Of a stretch of DNA of 64,000 nucleotides, positions 62,270-64,000 are shown one piece after another. Each line of letters begins with the position of its first letter. The first letter of the stretch is position 1. The DNA lies in contig NC_082732.1 of the NCBI RefSeq assembly GCF_030144855.1, positions 20,026,001-20,090,000 on the forward strand, given 5' to 3'. Position numbers and translations under genes: made by a program. The stretch comes from Hypanus sabinus. Lineage: Eukaryota. Below the pieces are notes generated by a model. That model ran no database searches. It was not told the DNA's origin and was given only the letters and a program-made list of their open reading frames with translations.

Positions 62270-63932
62270 CTGTACTACAAAGTCAAATCAAGCGACATAG
62301 CAGACAGCAGGGCTTCACTTCCAGATGAAATCAATGCCTTCTATGCTCGCTTTGACCATCAGAACATGAAGGAACCATCATAAATCCCTCACATTTCCCA
62401 GTGATCCTTCGAGTCCAAGGAAAAGCATCCGGCCCAGATGAGGTACCTGGCCAGGTACTAAAGACCTGTGCTGACCAATTGGCTGGTGTGTTCACTGACA
62501 TCATTAACCTCTTGTTTTGGCAGTGTGTGGTACCACCTGCTTCAGGCAGGCTTCAGAAAAAACATGGTGCCCCGCCTCAATGACTATCTCTCAGTTGCTC
62601 TTGCATCAACAGTGATGAAGTTCTTTTGAGAGGCTGGCAATAAAACACATCTGCTCCTGCCTGAGAGGTGACTTGGATCTATTCCAATTTACCTGCCAGA
62701 GCAACAGGCTCATAGCAGATACCATCCCATTGGCTCTTCACTCAAACCTGGAATATCTGGACACCAAAGATGCATACATCAGGATGTTCTTTCTTGACCA
62801 CAGCTCAGCATTTAATAGCAGCATCCTCTCAAAACAAACCAATAAGCTCTGTCTTTGGCCGCAATATCTCCTTGTGCAATTGGAGCCTCGATTTCCTCAC
62901 CTGCAGACCCCAGTCAATTCAGATTGGCAACAACATCTCCTCCACAATCTCCACCAGCACAGGTGCACCACAGGGATGTGTGCTTAGCCCCCTGCTCTAC
63001 TCACTTTACACCTATGACTGTGTAGCTAAGCATAGCTCCAAATCCAAATTCAAGTTTGCTGATGGCCCACTGTTGTGGTGATGAATCAGCATATAGGACG
63101 GAGATTGAAAATTTGGCTGTGTGATGTCGTAACAACAAGCTCTCACACAGTATCGGCAAGACCGACGAACTGATTGTAGGCTTCAGGAGAGGGAAATGAG
63201 AGGTGCATGAGTCAGTCCTCACTGGAGGATCAGAGGTGGAGAGGGTTAGCAAATTTAAATTCCTCAGCGATACTATTTCAGAGGACCTGTCATGGGCCCA
63301 GCATGCAAGCGAAGAGAGCACAGTAGTGCCTTTATTTCCTTTGGAGTCTGAGAAGATTCGGCATGACATCTAAAACTTTAACAAACTTTGACAGATGTCT
63401 AGAGGATAGTGTATTGACTAGCTGCGTCATGGCCTGTTATGGAAACACCAATGCCTTTGAATGGAAAATCCTACAAAAGATAGTGGATTCAGCTCAGTAC
63501 ATCATAGGGAAAACCCTTCCTACCATTGAGCACGCAGGAAAGCAGCATCCATCATCAGAGATCCCCATCACCCAGGGCGTACTCTTTTCTCACTGCTGCC
63601 TTGGGATTCACACCACCGGGCTCAAGAACAGTTACTTCCCCCAACCATTAGCTATTGATCAAATCGGATAACTACACTCACTCGACCATCCACTGAGATG
63701 TTCCCACCACTAATGATCTCACTTTGAGGACTCCTTATCTTGTTATTTACTCTTGTGTATTTATATTTACATTTGCACAGTTAGTTGCCTTCTGCACTCT
63801 AGTTGATTGTTCATTGATCCTGTTATAGTTATTATTCTATAGATTTGCTGAGTACACCCACAGGGAAGTGAATCTCAGGGTTGTATATGGTGACGTATAT
63901 GCACTTTGATTATAAAATTTACTTTAAATTAA
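62270..63932 (+). mobile_element. Rex1/Babar-type LINE, same subfamily as 42575-44287
   Basis: [61 protein letters not shown]; AATCTCAGGGTTGTATATGGTG tail. Confidence 0.9.
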
Positions 63933-64000
63933 CTTTTCTTCTCCACCTTTCAGACTGCACCACCATCTCTCTGTTGTGCTGTCTCAGTCTCCTACCAGCA

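Overview
Repeat-rich vertebrate genomic DNA; the repeat repertoire (CR1, Rex1/Babar, fish-type L1, Penelope-like elements, V-SINE-like tRNA SINEs) suggests a cartilaginous fish, probably a ray (inference). The only host gene I can support is a podoplanin (PDPN) ortholog on the + strand, which the ORF track largely misses. It assembles from four coding exons (16872-16944, 46939-47127, 49292-49409, 52392-52398) into a 128-aa type I membrane protein ending in GIIVG...KKMSGGYSP, with a ~30 kb first intron. The rest is a 45-bp minisatellite, nested retroelements (several with readable target-site duplications), a solo LTR, an internally deleted Gypsy element and a 241-N gap. Most notable: minimal hammerhead-ribozyme motifs in Penelope-derived repeats and their palindromic derivatives; a 703-aa endonuclease-less L1 RT ORF whose ATG comes from an older L2 fossil; a ~290-bp-arm intronic inverted duplication; a candidate internal promoter in PDPN intron 1; and divergent PLAG-like and cytoplasmic-tail motifs in this podoplanin. 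Repeat boundaries without a stated TSD are approximate, and family names come from motif recognition, not database searches.
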